Source of the DNA: Gammaproteobacteria bacterium
GTDB taxonomy: Bacteria; Pseudomonadota; Gammaproteobacteria; Enterobacterales; Kangiellaceae
Direction: 5' to 3'
Assembly (NCBI GenBank): GCA_013373545.1
Contig: JABXHQ010000004.1
Span: 4,683 to 68,682 of the forward strand
Length of the DNA stretch: 64,000 bases
Shown here: positions 62,647 through 64,000 of the stretch, one piece after another
Numbering within the stretch: position 1 is the stretch's first letter
Layout: each line of letters starts with the position of its first letter
The notes under the pieces: model-generated
Seen by the model: only the letters and a program-made list of their open reading frames with translations
Told to the model about the DNA's origin: nothing
The model's database searches: none
Translations under genes and position numbers: made by a program

Positions 62647-62763
62647 GATAATCCCTTTTTCGCCGCACTGCCGGCGCTCCAGCGGCACTGATGCTTAGTC
62701 AATATAGTTAGCACCGGTATTTAACAACTATGAACACAACACATGTAACCACTCAGTTAACCA

Positions 62764-63999
62764 TTATGGCGCCTCACTCGTCGGCGTTACAGCGGTTGAT
62801 GAGCGAAAATGAATCGTGATGAGACTAGAATCGATTGATATAGGCAGCGTAAACTTTAGTTGCTGATTGGTGGCATCATATTGAAATGCCAAAGCGCCCG
62901 CTGGGTAAGCCACAGCACTTGGCCGTTGCGTGACGCCATGCAAAATAAAGTTCAGTTGTTTTAGGTCAGATGGGTAAGCTCGCGGACTATTATCCGTAAG
63001 TTTAATCTGCCACTTTTCAGCCGCAGCTAAAAAACTAAACTGCAGCGCTTGATAATTTTTGTCCGCGAGAGAGTTCGCCGATTCACCATCGTCATTGAAC
63101 CAGAGATAAGTTGACTCTGTGACTGTTGAATCGGCAAAATAATGTATATCCATATTCGCGGTAGAATAGTCAGTCATGCGCGAAAATGTTGACACCATTG
63201 GAACAAAACTACCGGCTTTAACAAACACCGGAATGCCTTCGGCGCGCGTGGGATAGTTTACCGGCGCCCCCGCTTGAAAACGTTTGTCATTGTAAAAATC
63301 AAACCACACGCCGGGGGGAAAGTTTAGCTCAACGTCGGTGAGCTTAGGTGCGGTTAATGGAACCACCCAAAATGCATCCCCCCAAAAATAACTATTGCGG
63401 TCATTAAAACGGTTTTCTTCTGCAAAAAACACTGGTCGCATCAACGGCATCCCCGTTAATGAATTTTCGATAGCCAATGAATAATTGTAAGGTGTCATTT
63501 GGTAGCGCAAATTAATGGCATCGCGCGCACGCGCAATCACCGCTGCATCATGATAGACCGGCTCCGGTGCGATATGATCTTGCGCATGCGGACGAAAAAC
63601 GGGTTGGAACACGCCATACTGCAGCCAGCGTAGATAAAGCTCCGAATCAAACGTCTTCGCACCGGCAAAACCACCCAAGTCGGAGTGTGTATAGGCTAGC
63701 CCCATTAAACTCATTTGTAGCGATAGTTCAACTTGAGCAGACAAGCCCTCCCAGTTGCGCGCGACATCACCGGTCCAAGGTATAATGCCGTAGCGCTGGG
63801 TGCCGAGAAAACCGGAACGCATCATAATCAACGGCCTTTTGTTCGCGGCAAAGCGACGTTGTTGCTGATAAACTACTTTCGCCCATTGATGACCAAACGC
63901 ATTATGAATTTCATCTCCGCGCGCTCGTCGATTAAACTCTGACAACCAGTGTTGAGTTGCATCGGGATGAACCTCCGGCTCACCTAAGTCGCCCCATTG
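62764..63999 (-). CDS. GH31 alpha-glucosidase, 5' part outside the window
   Basis: Frame is open to the window edge and reads 'WGDLGEPEVHP' (nucleophile motif); 'PWTGDV', 'HSDLGGF', 'FQPVFRPH', 'PLMRP'. Confidence 0.92.
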   Translation of the reverse strand, partial: QWGDLGEPEVHPDATQHWLSEFNRRARGDEIHNAFGHQWAKVVYQQQRRFAANKRPLIMMRSGFLGTQRYGIIPWTGDVARNWEGLSAQVELSLQMSLMGLAYTHSDLGGFAGAKTFDSELYLRWLQYGVFQPVFRPHAQDHIAPEPVYHDAAVIARARDAINLRYQMTPYNYSLAIENSLTGMPLMRPVFFAEENRFNDRNSYFWGDAFWVVPLTAPKLTDVELNFPPGVWFDFYNDKRFQAGAPVNYPTRAEGIPVFVKAGSFVPMVSTFSRMTDYSTANMDIHYFADSTVTESTYLWFNDDGESANSLADKNYQALQFSFLAAAEKWQIKLTDNSPRAYPSDLKQLNFILHGVTQRPSAVAYPAGALAFQYDATNQQLKFTLPISIDSSLITIHFRSSTAVTPTSEAP

Positions 64000-64000
64000 T

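Noticed and set aside
274-63942. Many short (60-145 aa) ORFs antisense to, or in alternate frames of, the long genes
   Set aside because: They are shadow ORFs lying within well-supported genes, with no RBS or family motifs.
1-64000. CRISPR arrays, tRNA/rRNA genes, IS elements, integrases, prophage or defence islands
   Set aside because: No regularly spaced repeats, tRNA cloverleaf/T-loop signatures, transposase or recombinase motifs, or phage genes were found by eye.

Overview
Bacterial chromosomal window with gammaproteobacterial gene content and order. A marine Kangiella/Pleionea-like host is plausible but is inference only. The right half is mostly core genome: the rpsB-tsf-pyrH-frr-uppS-cdsA-dxr-rseP-bamA-skp-lpxD-fabZ-lpxA-lpxB-rnhB-dnaE superoperon on the minus strand, the divergent map-glnD-dapD operon, and the edge of a LacI/GH13/GH31 alpha-glucan locus. 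The left half is a mosaic of accessory genes: a TPR protein, an MBL hydrolase, yfbR, a GGDEF/EAL protein, rdgC, an S10 peptidase, polB, an ECF sigma module and a two-permease RND system. I saw no tRNA, rRNA, CRISPR array, IS, integrase or prophage. Best candidates for new biology: (1) a membrane-anchored winged-helix/beta-propeller one-component receptor followed by a separately promoted 60-aa acidic peptide with a C-x5-C loop, a candidate peptide-receptor signalling pair; (2) a free-standing ~200-nt structured non-coding RNA candidate at ~23.84-24.04 kb with its own promoter, terminator, mutually exclusive helices and an anti-SD-like loop; (3) a catalytically degenerate DEDDh exonuclease translationally coupled to a TPR gene that carries a reading-frame lesion. 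All family assignments come from motif recognition by eye, not from database searches.
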